Assembly: GCA_964520965.1 (NCBI GenBank)
Contig: CAZFPM010000009.1
Span: 1 to 52,897 of the forward strand
Reading direction: 5' to 3'
Source of the DNA: an uncultured Myxococcales bacterium
GTDB taxonomy: Bacteria; Myxococcota_A; Bradymonadia; REDH01
DNA length: 52,897 nt
Below, piece after piece: positions 30,533 to 39,922 of the stretch. The position numbers were made by a program, and so were the translations under genes. Position 1 is the first letter of the stretch, and the number at the start of each line of letters is the position of its first letter. The notes beneath the pieces were generated by a model that was not told the DNA's origin, did not search any database, and saw nothing but the letters and a program-made list of their open reading frames with translations.

Positions 30533-31096
30533 ATGCTTTTCGTTTTTCGCCCGACCCGGTTCTCCGCCGCCGCACCGTCGGTATTCCTCGCGGCGACGCT
30601 CGCGCTGTCGTGCGGCAGCGGTCCGGAGTGTTCGGACGCTGTCGAGGTCGCCTGTCGCTGTCCCGACGGCAGCCTCGGGGTCGCACCATGCGGTGCCGAC
30701 GGGACCCGGGAGCGGTGCGTGTGTCCGGACACCGGCGTCGCCGATACGGGCGGCGACGTGGCGAGCGGCGACGTGCTCCCGGACGCTTCGCGCGACGGGG
30801 CCGGCGACACACCGGCCGCCGATACGCCGGCCGATGTCGGCCCAGGCCACGATGTCGGGCCGGGCAACCTCTGCGGAGGGGAGCTGTCTCTCGTCCACGA
30901 CGGCACGGTGGCATCCCCGGGCGGCACGTGCGGTGCTTGCGAGGACGGCGTGCTGCTCTGCGACGGCCCCGACGCGCTGCGCTGTGCCGGCGCGACCGAG
31001 CCGAATGCGTGCGGCGGTTGCGGTCTGCTCGCAGGCCAGCCGGATGCCTCGTGCGGACCCTGTGACGACGGGCGGCTCACCTGCGCCGGCGCGTAG
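30533..31096 (+). CDS. N-terminal segment of the giant Cys-rich lipoprotein (signal peptide plus first CGGC repeats), ending at an in-frame TAG
   Basis: MLFVFRPTRFSAAAPSVFLAATLALSC lipobox. N-x-CGGC...CG-x-C repeat modules. The TAG at 31094-31096 falls inside a repeat, and the same frame stays open into the next ORF. Confidence 0.7.
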   Translation: MLFVFRPTRFSAAAPSVFLAATLALSCGSGPECSDAVEVACRCPDGSLGVAPCGADGTRERCVCPDTGVADTGGDVASGDVLPDASRDGAGDTPAADTPADVGPGHDVGPGNLCGGELSLVHDGTVASPGGTCGACEDGVLLCDGPDALRCAGATEPNACGGCGLLAGQPDASCGPCDDGRLTCAGA

Positions 31097-31270
31097 CTCG
31101 CCTGCCCCGAGGCGTCGGAGACGACGTCGTGCGGAGGCTGCATCGAGCTTGCCGGCGAGCCCGGTGGCCTGTGCACCGCGGGCGGGCGATCCGACGGAAT
31201 CTGGGCGTGTGAGTCCGACGCAGCCGTTCGATGCGGCGGCGTCGGGGAGAACCCGTGCGGCGGCTTCAGT

Positions 31271-34200
31271 GTGCTGGCGTCGTACCCGAGCACGCCGTGT
31301 GGTGCCTGTCTCGGCGGGAGGGTCGTCTGCACCAGCGCGGACACCGTAGCTTGTGTGGGCGCCGACGACGGCTTGAACGCGTGCGGTGGCTGCGCGCCGC
31401 TCGGGGTGGAGCTGGGAGAGGCCTGTGGGACGTGCGCCGGCGCCTGGCAGTGTCACCCGAGCGATCCCGACCGGGCCGTCTGCGACGACCCCGCGGCCAA
31501 CGCGTGCGGCGGCTGCGCGCCGCTCGCCGGAAGTCCCAGCGAGGCCTGCCCTGGAGGATCCTGGTTCTGCGCCGACGCCGACACGGTCGAATGTGGTGAC
31601 ATCGCCACCAACCCGTGCGGTGGCGACGTTCCGTTGCTCTTCCCCCCCGGAGACCCCTGTGGCGCCTGCGACGACGGTCGGTACCTCTGCGCCGGACCCA
31701 ACCAGATCGCCTGCGTCGGTGGGACCGAGCCGAACATCTGCGGTGGCTGCGGACTGGTGGCGGGTACGCCCGGCGAGAAGTGCGTCATCGGACACGAGTG
31801 GGTCTGCGAAGCAGGCCACCTGCGCTGTCTCCTCGTCGCCTCGCCCCCCTTCCCATCGGAGGCGGGTGCGGTTTGCGAGACCGATAACGAGTGCGCGAAT
31901 CGACTGTGTGCCGCGGCGGACGACACCGCGTACTGTGCGTTCTACTGCGAGGCCGGCGCATGCCCGCTCGGGTTCGAGTGCTCGTCATCGCGCTCGTCGG
32001 GCGGGGTCGACGTCGAAGCGTGCCTGCCGATCATCGGGTGCCTGGACGCTGACGAAGACGGCTACGGGGTGGGACGGGATTGCCTCGCGCTCGACTGCGA
32101 CGACGACGCGCCGCGGGTCAACCCGGAGGCCAGGGAGCTCTGCAACGGAATCGACGACGACTGCGACGGCCGCATCGACCTGGCAGCGGCCGACGTGGAG
32201 ACCTGGTGGGCGGACGGCGATCGCGACGGGTATGGGTCGGATCTCGCCAGTGTCGAGGCGTGTGAGCAGCCGTTCGGCTACGTCGGTCCGAGCGGAGATT
32301 GCGACGACACGCGCCCGACGACCTGGCCCGGCGCCCCGGAGCTCTGCGACGGCGAGGACAACGACTGTGACGACGAGGTGGACGAGGGCATTCCGGGTGT
32401 CGGTGGACCCTGCACGGCGGGTGTCGGGGAGTGCACCGCGGACGGAGAGTTCGTGTGCACGCCTGACGGACGAGGCACGATCTGCTCGGTCCTGGTTGGC
32501 TTTCCGCCCGGCACTGAGGCGTGCGACAGCGGTGCGGACGATGACTGCGACGGCGATGTCGACTGCGACGATACCGACTGTGACCACGACGCCGCGTGCA
32601 CGGAACGGTGGTTCTCGGTGCGCTTTGCGGGCGCCGGCGAGGGGCTTCCGAACCAACGGCTCGTCGATGCCGTGACGCTCCAGCTCGTCGACGGCGACGG
32701 GGAGCCGCTGGCCGAGCTCGTCCCGGTCGTGTTCACGTCGTCACCTCCGATGCGCCTCGAACCGGCAGGCGCGACCACGGACGCCAGCGGGCTCATCACG
32801 CTCTCGGTAGTGCTCGGTCGTGCCTCGGGCACGTATGTCGTGACGGCACGCGCTGTAGGCGTGGCCGATGCGGAGGCGGCGTTCACGGCAGTGGTGCCAG
32901 AGTCGGGCACGCTGATCCCGATCTATGGGGCGATATCCCTGTCGGCCTGCCTCCTGGACGACCCCTGGGCGATCTGTCGCAACGAAGCCGGTTTCACCGA
33001 CGCGGTCGTCGCTTCCGACGGCACGATCTACGCGGCGGAGTCGGCGACGATCCAGCGGATCGCGCCCGACGGCACGCGCGAAGCGATCGCCGGGACCGGC
33101 ACGCCGGGTTCCACCGGCGATGGGGGTCCGGCGCTCGGTGCCCGCGTTGAGAGCCCGGATCGGCTGGCGCTCGACGAGGAGCGCCAGCTGCTCTATCTCT
33201 GGGAGCCTCCCATCATCCGGGTGGTGGACCTCGGTGCACCGGTGCCGACCATCGACCGGTTCGCCGGTGGCGGTTCCTTGGGCGGACCGGGTGACGGAGG
33301 ATACGCGCTGGACGCGACGCTGACGGACATCGGGGACATGACCGTCTTCCCCGACGGGTCGCTCGTCGTCCTCGACCCAGACATCCCACGGGTCCGTCGT
33401 ATTCGCCCGGACGGTGTGATCGAAGCGTGGTTCGACTCCGGCGACTGCGACGCGACGGAGCAGCTCGGTGTCGTGCTCGGGAGCGGGAGCTCCAGCTTCG
33501 ATGGGCTGGAAGCCCTGTCGGACGGTCGGCTCCTGGTCGCGGCGGAGAACGCCTGCGGAACGGAGCTGGTACTGTCCGACGCGGGTTCCGGCGGGCGGAT
33601 CGTGGCGGCCGAGGGAGTCGATGCGATCGTCCTCGTCGAGGACGGCCAGGCGACGCACGTCGTCGCCGGCAGCGAAGACGGGACGTCGGAGGAAGCGGAT
33701 TACGACGCGCGGTTCACGAACTTCGGCGGCCAGATCGGCCCGATGGCGCACGCGCCGGATGGCGGTCTCTATGTCTGGCGGTCCGCGAGCACCACAGGGG
33801 CCCGCGTCGTCCACATCGCGCCCGAGACCCGACATCTGCGAACCATCGCTGGTGAAGCGGCGGAGAACACGTTCCACGAGTACGCCGATGCCGCGACGGG
33901 TGGACTGCCGGCGCTCGACCCCCGCCTCGTCAACCTGGATGTCGACGGCGAAGGCAACGTGTACATCATCGACCGGTACAGTGCTCGGATAGAGATGATC
34001 GTGGCTCCTGTGCTGCCCGAGCCGGTGGAGCTGAGCCTCGGCCTGGTGGATGGCGACGGACAGGAGGTGGTCTTCCACAACATCGCGGCGCCCGTCGAGG
34101 TGTCGGTGACCGACGACACGGGGACCGGCGTTTCCCAGATGTGGGTGAGCGGCTTCGCGCAGGCGGTGGGCGCGTGGCCCCAGGTCCGCAGCGCCGTGAC

Positions 34201-35359
34201 CGACGCCGACGGGCCGGGCAGGTTTTCGTTCCGGACCTCGCGGACGCTCGGAGCGCAGACGTTCCGCATCGAGCGCACAGACATCTTCGGTGCTCACGTG
34301 ACGGGGAGCCCCTTGACGGTGACCTTCGACGTCGTCGCGCCGCCACCGGGGATGGTGGTCCCCCTCGTGAACGTCGGTGCGGCTCTCACCGTGCTTTCCC
34401 CCGCCGTGCTCGACGACCTCGCGGCGTTGTTTCCGGTGCCCGCGCTGGCAATAGACCCCAGCGGCTACCACATCTCGCTCGCCGTCGCCCCGGACGACAC
34501 GATCTACTTCAGCGCCTCGAACAGGACTCGGAGCGTCGTGTTTGCCATCGACCCCGACGGCGTGGTCCGGCATGTCGCGGGCGGCGACAGGTTGGGAGAT
34601 CCTGTGCTGGCGACCGTGGCGGCGCTCGGCGATGTGCGGACAATCTCGCTCGACGACGACGGCGGGTGGCTCTATCTGGGTCACGCGAATCCGGAAGGCG
34701 ACTGGGTGATCAGCCGGGTCGGGGTGCGGAGCGGGGCCCCGGAAGCCGGTCGGATCGAACGCGTCGCTGGCGGCGGGTCGGCCACGACGGAGCCTTGGGG
34801 TGACGGCGGTGATGCCGCGGAGGCGACCTTCGGGCGGCTGGGCGATATCGCCGTCGCCGCCGACAGCTCGGTGCTCGTGTTCGACATCGACCGCCGCCGC
34901 ATCCGGCGCATTCGATTCGCCGGTGACACGGCGACGATCGAGTCGTGGCTCGACGCGACGGCCGGGGCCAACTACACGAGGCCGTACGTTACGGTGGGGC
35001 CTGGCGGCGCGATCTATTTCGAGTGTGCGTTTCCGGGGCCCGTGTATGGAACCTGCGTGGCCGAGCTGGAATCGCCGGTGGCCGCGATTGTCGTGCGAGA
35101 ACAGGCGGGTGCCGGGATGGGCCTCGCTGTGCTCGATGGAGGAGTCGTCGTCCGAGACGGCCCGTCCCTCGGCATCGACCTCAGTCGCTACGATCCCGAT
35201 GAGGGCTTCGAGAGCGTTTGGATGGAGCCGGGGACGGCGCGGACCGGTGAGTTCGCAGACGTGGGCCGGGCGCACGCGGGATCGGTGCAGAGCATCGTCG
35301 CCTGGGGCGAGCACTTGATCGTGGCGTCGAGCCTGGGGCCGATTCGGTTGATCTGGTGA
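31271..35359 (+). CDS. Main segment of the giant Cys-rich protein: CGGC repeats, DNDCDG metal-binding-type motifs, an Ig-like region and NHL-like beta-propeller repeats
   Basis: Same frame as 30533-31096 and open from 31097. Five more N-x-CGGC modules. NGIDDDCDGRIDL, DGEDNDCDDEVDEG. Repeated ...I.G.G..G..GDGG.A..A.L..P..L..D... blades. Confidence 0.8.
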   Translation: MLASYPSTPCGACLGGRVVCTSADTVACVGADDGLNACGGCAPLGVELGEACGTCAGAWQCHPSDPDRAVCDDPAANACGGCAPLAGSPSEACPGGSWFCADADTVECGDIATNPCGGDVPLLFPPGDPCGACDDGRYLCAGPNQIACVGGTEPNICGGCGLVAGTPGEKCVIGHEWVCEAGHLRCLLVASPPFPSEAGAVCETDNECANRLCAAADDTAYCAFYCEAGACPLGFECSSSRSSGGVDVEACLPIIGCLDADEDGYGVGRDCLALDCDDDAPRVNPEARELCNGIDDDCDGRIDLAAADVETWWADGDRDGYGSDLASVEACEQPFGYVGPSGDCDDTRPTTWPGAPELCDGEDNDCDDEVDEGIPGVGGPCTAGVGECTADGEFVCTPDGRGTICSVLVGFPPGTEACDSGADDDCDGDVDCDDTDCDHDAACTERWFSVRFAGAGEGLPNQRLVDAVTLQLVDGDGEPLAELVPVVFTSSPPMRLEPAGATTDASGLITLSVVLGRASGTYVVTARAVGVADAEAAFTAVVPESGTLIPIYGAISLSACLLDDPWAICRNEAGFTDAVVASDGTIYAAESATIQRIAPDGTREAIAGTGTPGSTGDGGPALGARVESPDRLALDEERQLLYLWEPPIIRVVDLGAPVPTIDRFAGGGSLGGPGDGGYALDATLTDIGDMTVFPDGSLVVLDPDIPRVRRIRPDGVIEAWFDSGDCDATEQLGVVLGSGSSSFDGLEALSDGRLLVAAENACGTELVLSDAGSGGRIVAAEGVDAIVLVEDGQATHVVAGSEDGTSEEADYDARFTNFGGQIGPMAHAPDGGLYVWRSASTTGARVVHIAPETRHLRTIAGEAAENTFHEYADAATGGLPALDPRLVNLDVDGEGNVYIIDRYSARIEMIVAPVLPEPVELSLGLVDGDGQEVVFHNIAAPVEVSVTDDTGTGVSQMWVSGFAQAVGAWPQVRSAVTDADGPGRFSFRTSRTLGAQTFRIERTDIFGAHVTGSPLTVTFDVVAPPPGMVVPLVNVGAALTVLSPAVLDDLAALFPVPALAIDPSGYHISLAVAPDDTIYFSASNRTRSVVFAIDPDGVVRHVAGGDRLGDPVLATVAALGDVRTISLDDDGGWLYLGHANPEGDWVISRVGVRSGAPEAGRIERVAGGGSATTEPWGDGGDAAEATFGRLGDIAVAADSSVLVFDIDRRRIRRIRFAGDTATIESWLDATAGANYTRPYVTVGPGGAIYFECAFPGPVYGTCVAELESPVAAIVVREQAGAGMGLAVLDGGVVVRDGPSLGIDLSRYDPDEGFESVWMEPGTARTGEFADVGRAHAGSVQSIVAWGEHLIVASSLGPIRLIW

Positions 35360-35378
35360 GGTGCGCCGGGTGCGGGTG

Positions 35379-35410
35379 AGCGGTAGAGTGTGGCTCCCCC
35401 CCTGCTTCGC
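35379..35410 (+). repeat. 32-nt direct repeat, copy B (20 nt after the giant gene stop)
   Basis: GCGGTAGAGTGTGGCT(C8)TGCTTCGC, followed by (CTTCG)x3 and the hairpin at 35422-35441. Confidence 0.85.
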
Positions 35411-35421
35411 TTCGCTTCGCT

Positions 35422-35441
35422 GTCCCCCGCGAGCGGGGGAC
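35422..35441. terminator. GC-rich hairpin between convergent genes (bidirectional terminator candidate)
   Basis: GTCCCCCG-CGAG-CGGGGGAC: 8-bp stem, 4-nt loop. It lies between the stops at 35359 (+) and 35472 (-). Confidence 0.5.
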
Positions 35442-35471
35442 GGCTGTGTCTCCAACGCTGACGTGGGGTGA

Positions 35472-37370
35472 TCAGGGGGTGCGGCGGGCGGCGCCGCAGC
35501 GGGCGGCAAGGGCTGTGGCGACGGAGTGGGCGGGTACCTGGGCGAGCACTCTTTGGGCCTCGCGGGCGCACCGCTCGGTGTCGCCCCGAGCGACGGAGAG
35601 CTCGGCGATCTCCAGCCGGACGCTCACATCGGTCTGGTCGCGGTCGAGGGCGTCGGTCAGGTGGGCCATCGCTTCATCCACGAGGCCCATGCGCGCTTCG
35701 AGCCGGCCCAGGTTCACGAGTGAGCTGCGGTGCCCGGGGTCTACGATCAACGCCGAGAGGTAGGCGTTGCGTGCGGCGTCGCTCCGTCCGGAGGCGGCGA
35801 GGGCGATGCCGAGGTTGTACCAGGCGGAGACGTATCGCGGTTCGTCGCGCACCAGCGACTCGTAGACCGCGATCGAGCGTGCCGTCCTGCCGGTTCGGCG
35901 GTAGGCGACCGCCAGTCGCAGGCGGACGATCCGGTTGTCGGGATCGAGCTCCAGCGCCCGCTCGTATGCGTCGGCGGCCGGGGTGTAATCATCGAGCGTC
36001 GAGTAGAGCCGGCCGAGATTGCTCCATGCCGCCGCGTAGTCGTCGCGCAGCTCGATCGCGCTGTGGAACGCGATCTCCGCCTCTTCGTACGCTTCGAGGT
36101 CGAAGTAGACGAGTCCCAGGTTGTTCCATGCCGCCTCGTAGTCGGAGCGCAGCTGCAAGGCTCGGTCGTAGGCGACCATCGCCTCTTCCAACGCGCCGGT
36201 CTCTCGGTGCAGGATCCCGAGGTTGTACCAGGCCTCTGCGTACTCGCCCTCCCGGACCCGGATCGCCTCTCGATACGACGCCTCTGCGGCGTCGTATTGG
36301 CGGTTTCGAGCGGCCACCAGACCGTGCAGGAAGTGGTACTCCGCCTGTGACGGGTCGATCTCGAGAAGCTCGCTCGCCGCCCGGCCCGCGATCTCGAACT
36401 CCTCTTCCTCCAGGCCGAGCCGCACCAGTCGCGTGCGGATGTAGACGTATTCCGGATCGAGCTGCGCCGCCCGCTCGTAGGCTACGATCGCTTCGAGGCG
36501 CTGGCCGAGCTTCTCGTGTACGCGCCCGAGAACACTGTGCGGTGTGGCGAGCTCGGGAGCGAGGCGGCTCGCCCGCTTGGCGTGCTCGAAGGCGGTCCGT
36601 TGATCCTCTTCGTTGTCCGAGAGGAGGTAGGTTCGCGCCACCGACATCCAGATATCCACCGAAGCCGGTGCGCGTTCGATCGCCTCGGCCAGCACCTCCC
36701 GTGCGTGGGAGCGATTGCCACGCTCGAACAGGCATCGTCCGAGCTGCGCCAACGCCCGGGCGCGTTCGTCGTTGCTGCCGAAGTGGGCCGCCGGCTCCAG
36801 GATGCGGACCGCGGCGTCGAGATCGCCGGTTCGGCGCAGGTACTCCCCGTAGGCAATGCGGCTCGGGGAGTGGTTGGGCCGTGCGACCAGGGCGCGTTCG
36901 AACGCCTCCAGCGCCTCTGACTCGTCGCCGAGGCAGCGGTGCGTCAACGCGTGGGCGAAGTTGACACCGCCGTCTTCTGGCGCGCGAGCCAGCGCCCGGG
37001 CCGTGAGTTCCGCGGCCTCGTCGCACCGGTGTGCGCGCCGCATCGCGTACGCGTACTCCGTGAGGAGCGGCACCGGCGGGACGTCGATATTGGTCACGAT
37101 CTCGTAGAGGTCGAGCGCCGCGTCGAGTTCACCGCGGCGCATCAGCTGGCGCGCTCGCGCGTGTTCGGTGCTCGTCGGGTCCGTCGCCTGCCAGGCCTCT
37201 TCACCGGCGGTGTCGTCTTCGCCCCCGCCTTCGCTGCCTCCCGCGCCGCCTGCGACGAGGATGGTCTCGTAATGGGCGCCCTGGTCGCGCCCGGCGCGCT
37301 CCATCGCGATCACGAGGCCGAGCGCGAGCGCGAGCACGATCAACACCGGCCACAGGCGCCGCCCCTTCAC
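35472..37370 (-). CDS. Membrane-anchored tetratricopeptide (TPR) repeat protein
   Basis: The GTG at 37368-37370 overlaps the upstream TGA (GTGA). N-terminal TM helix LWPVLIVLALALGLVIAM, then at least 12 TPR units (AWYNLG..., A...Y..AL.LDP). Confidence 0.85.
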   Translation of the reverse strand: MKGRRLWPVLIVLALALGLVIAMERAGRDQGAHYETILVAGGAGGSEGGGEDDTAGEEAWQATDPTSTEHARARQLMRRGELDAALDLYEIVTNIDVPPVPLLTEYAYAMRRAHRCDEAAELTARALARAPEDGGVNFAHALTHRCLGDESEALEAFERALVARPNHSPSRIAYGEYLRRTGDLDAAVRILEPAAHFGSNDERARALAQLGRCLFERGNRSHAREVLAEAIERAPASVDIWMSVARTYLLSDNEEDQRTAFEHAKRASRLAPELATPHSVLGRVHEKLGQRLEAIVAYERAAQLDPEYVYIRTRLVRLGLEEEEFEIAGRAASELLEIDPSQAEYHFLHGLVAARNRQYDAAEASYREAIRVREGEYAEAWYNLGILHRETGALEEAMVAYDRALQLRSDYEAAWNNLGLVYFDLEAYEEAEIAFHSAIELRDDYAAAWSNLGRLYSTLDDYTPAADAYERALELDPDNRIVRLRLAVAYRRTGRTARSIAVYESLVRDEPRYVSAWYNLGIALAASGRSDAARNAYLSALIVDPGHRSSLVNLGRLEARMGLVDEAMAHLTDALDRDQTDVSVRLEIAELSVARGDTERCAREAQRVLAQVPAHSVATALAARCGAARRTP

Positions 37371-38263
37371 GCGAGCACCCGGTCGACCTTGGGTCCGAGG
37401 AACCGGCCGTTCACGTTCTGGATCTCCAGCCCGGGGCGCGCGTTCATCTCGAGCACGAGCGGTCCGCGGTCGGCGTCGAGCACGATGTCGACGCCGAGGT
37501 AACCCAGGGGCACGCAGCCGGCCGCCCGGCGTCCGACCTCCAGTGTCTGCTCCCAGTCCGGCAGGTCGTAGCCGACGAGCTCGGCGCCGGTGTCCGGGTG
37601 AACGTCGGTCACCTGTTCGCGCACGACGGCCCGGGTCGTGCGGCCCGTGGCCAGGTCGATCGCGACGCCGACGCCGCCCTGGTGCAGGTTCGCGCGGCCC
37701 CCCGACACCCTGGTCGGGACGCGGAGCATCGCCATGAGCGGCTCTCCGCGCAGGAAGAGTAGCCGCACGTCGCAGAGTCCGTCGGGCGACCACGACTGGA
37801 GCTTCGGGTGCGCGAAGATGCGCTCCTCGATGAACGCGCGGTCGTCGAGCTCCTTGGCGTATGCGCCGAACACGATATTCGCGAGGTGTTGTTCGAGGTC
37901 GTCGTCGGTGACGAGGCGCCCGCCGGAGGCTCTCCAGCCGTCGTCCTGCCGCGATCCGAGCACGAGAATGCCGTCGCCGCCGCTGGCATTCGCCGGCTTC
38001 GCCACGATGTCTCCGGTGTTCCGCACCTTCTCGACCACATCGGTCACGGCGTAGAGGCCGTCGCATATCGCCACGGTCTGCGCCACCGGCACACCCGCCG
38101 CCACCATCAGCTCCTTGCAGACCAGCTTGTCGTCGACGAGCGGGTAGTCTGCGCGCCGATTGTTCGCGTAGACCAGCTCGATGTTCCGCCGGTTGATCCC
38201 GACGAGCGCCCGCAGGCGGTCCCGGCCTCGAACCAGGCCGGCTACGGTCCGGAACGGATTAAT
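37367..38263 (-). CDS. RimK-related ATP-grasp 'alpha-L-glutamate ligase-like' protein (TIGR02291-like). There is no canonical start, so the 5' end is set at ATT 38261-38263 and is uncertain.
   Basis: ATP-grasp core (DIVAKPANASGGDGILV, RVPTRVSGGRANLHQGG, LGVDIVLD..GPLVLEMNARPGL). The family-like N-terminus LRALVGINRRNIELVYANNRRADYPLVDDKL lies upstream of the first ATG (38107). Confidence 0.8.
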   Translation of the reverse strand: MNPFRTVAGLVRGRDRLRALVGINRRNIELVYANNRRADYPLVDDKLVCKELMVAAGVPVAQTVAICDGLYAVTDVVEKVRNTGDIVAKPANASGGDGILVLGSRQDDGWRASGGRLVTDDDLEQHLANIVFGAYAKELDDRAFIEERIFAHPKLQSWSPDGLCDVRLLFLRGEPLMAMLRVPTRVSGGRANLHQGGVGVAIDLATGRTTRAVVREQVTDVHPDTGAELVGYDLPDWEQTLEVGRRAAGCVPLGYLGVDIVLDADRGPLVLEMNARPGLEIQNVNGRFLGPKVDRVLA

Positions 38264-39830
38264 GGGGCACCTCGCCGGCGGTCAGGAGACCGCGGAAACG
38301 GATCAGCTCGAGCAAGCGCACGCCGATCCACCGGCCGAGGTAGACGTTCGCGGCGACGGCCCAGAGAAGCACCTCGGGAAAGCCAGATACGAGCACCTGC
38401 ATCGCCGTGGAGTTCATCACGATGTAGCAACCAAACACGACGATCAGGGTGCCACCGAGGTCCCGCGCGGCGCGGGAGGCGCCCTGCTCGACCAGCGCGA
38501 GGTAGAAGCGCTCCGACGCGATCGCCATCACCGCGATCGGGAAGTACGAGATCCGGGTGAGCCCGACGATGCCGAGCCGCTCGGCCACGAGGGTCGCACC
38601 GAGCATCGAGAACACGACGACGGCCAGCAGGATCGCCAGTGTCGGTGAGTGCAGGAGCGCGAAACGCTGCAAGACGAAGCGCACGGTCGCGACCGACGCC
38701 ATGACGAAACAGATCGCGACCAGACCCCAGACGATGCCGGGCTCCGCCGTGGCGGCGGCGATCAGGGCGGGAAGGAACGTGCCGAAGGTAGGGACCCCGA
38801 GGACGTTGCGGAACACGACCACGATCAGTGCCCCGATCGGCAACATCAGCACCGTCCGCAGCAGTGAAAACGGCAGACCGAGCCGCTCGAAGAGCGCCCA
38901 CACGTTGAACGCGCGGAAGGTCTCCAACGCGCGTGCCGCCGGCACCTGTCGCGCGGTGGTGATGAAGGCGTAGTCGAAGTTGACGTCCGCGGTGTGCCGG
39001 AAGAGCGACCGGTCGTCGCGGTACAGGATCAGGTAGTTGGGCGGCAGGGCGGCGAAGTGTCCGTTGGTCGGATCGAAGGGGACCCAGTAGCCGCCGACGT
39101 ACGCCTCGACCCATTGGTGCGAGGTCCGTTTGCGTCCCGTTTCGAGGATCAGGCCCCCGACCAGGCGGGTCGGGATGCCCGAGGCGCGGGCGAGCGCGGC
39201 GAAGAGCCGGCTCTTGCCGTTGCAGCTCGCCTCGCCCAGGCGCAGCGCCGTGAGCGCGTCCGTGGTGCCCGTGAACGGGCGCGATTGCAGACTGCTGGCG
39301 TAGTCGAAGATCCGCTGCAGTCGCTCGGGCAGCGTGCCTTCGTTGCTCGACAGGGTCTCGACCTGCTCCAGGATCTCCGGGGCGTCCACCTGGATCGCCT
39401 CCTCGGGCCGCAGGTGGCGAACGACCGACGGCGGGTAGACCTCGGGGACGGTGATGGAGGGCGCGAACTCGTAGCGCTGGCCGAGCAGCCGGGCGGTGAA
39501 CGAATACGAGAACGACGTCCCGTCAGGCACCGACGTGCCGAACCATCTGCCGATCCGGTTGGTCCCCTCGTGCCGCTCGGAGAAGCGGAAGGTGGCGTCG
39601 GAGCTCGGGTGCGCCTCGGTGATCTCCTGGTGCCCGTCGCTGACGGGCAGGTAGGTCTGGGCCCGGGCACGGCTGAGGTTCCCGTCGAGGGACATCTCGA
39701 GGACGACCCGGTACTCGGTCTCCGGCAGCACGTCCTGGAGCCGGTAGTCGAGCACGAACACCTTGTACGCGCCCGTTCCGAGAGGGATCGCGAGCAGAAG
39801 GAGTACGAGCAGCCGATCGCTCCACCGCAT
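38259..39830 (-). CDS. Transglutaminase-like domain fused to a 7-TM domain (7TM_transglut type), with the catalytic triad apparently intact
   Basis: N-terminal TM helix. Transglutaminase core GEASCNGKSRLFAALARASGIPTRLVGG...SHQWVEAY...WVPFDPT (Cys/His/Asp). About 7 hydrophobic helices follow in the C-terminal 220 aa. Confidence 0.8.
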   Translation of the reverse strand: MRWSDRLLVLLLLAIPLGTGAYKVFVLDYRLQDVLPETEYRVVLEMSLDGNLSRARAQTYLPVSDGHQEITEAHPSSDATFRFSERHEGTNRIGRWFGTSVPDGTSFSYSFTARLLGQRYEFAPSITVPEVYPPSVVRHLRPEEAIQVDAPEILEQVETLSSNEGTLPERLQRIFDYASSLQSRPFTGTTDALTALRLGEASCNGKSRLFAALARASGIPTRLVGGLILETGRKRTSHQWVEAYVGGYWVPFDPTNGHFAALPPNYLILYRDDRSLFRHTADVNFDYAFITTARQVPAARALETFRAFNVWALFERLGLPFSLLRTVLMLPIGALIVVVFRNVLGVPTFGTFLPALIAAATAEPGIVWGLVAICFVMASVATVRFVLQRFALLHSPTLAILLAVVVFSMLGATLVAERLGIVGLTRISYFPIAVMAIASERFYLALVEQGASRAARDLGGTLIVVFGCYIVMNSTAMQVLVSGFPEVLLWAVAANVYLGRWIGVRLLELIRFRGLLTAGEVPH

Positions 39831-39922
39831 TGCGGCACCAGAAGGGAGTCGTTTCGGTACGCAGTTGGCCCGACCACGCAGGCCGCGAGGCTAGCCGAAC
39901 GCGGGGGAGACCGGAAGGTGAT

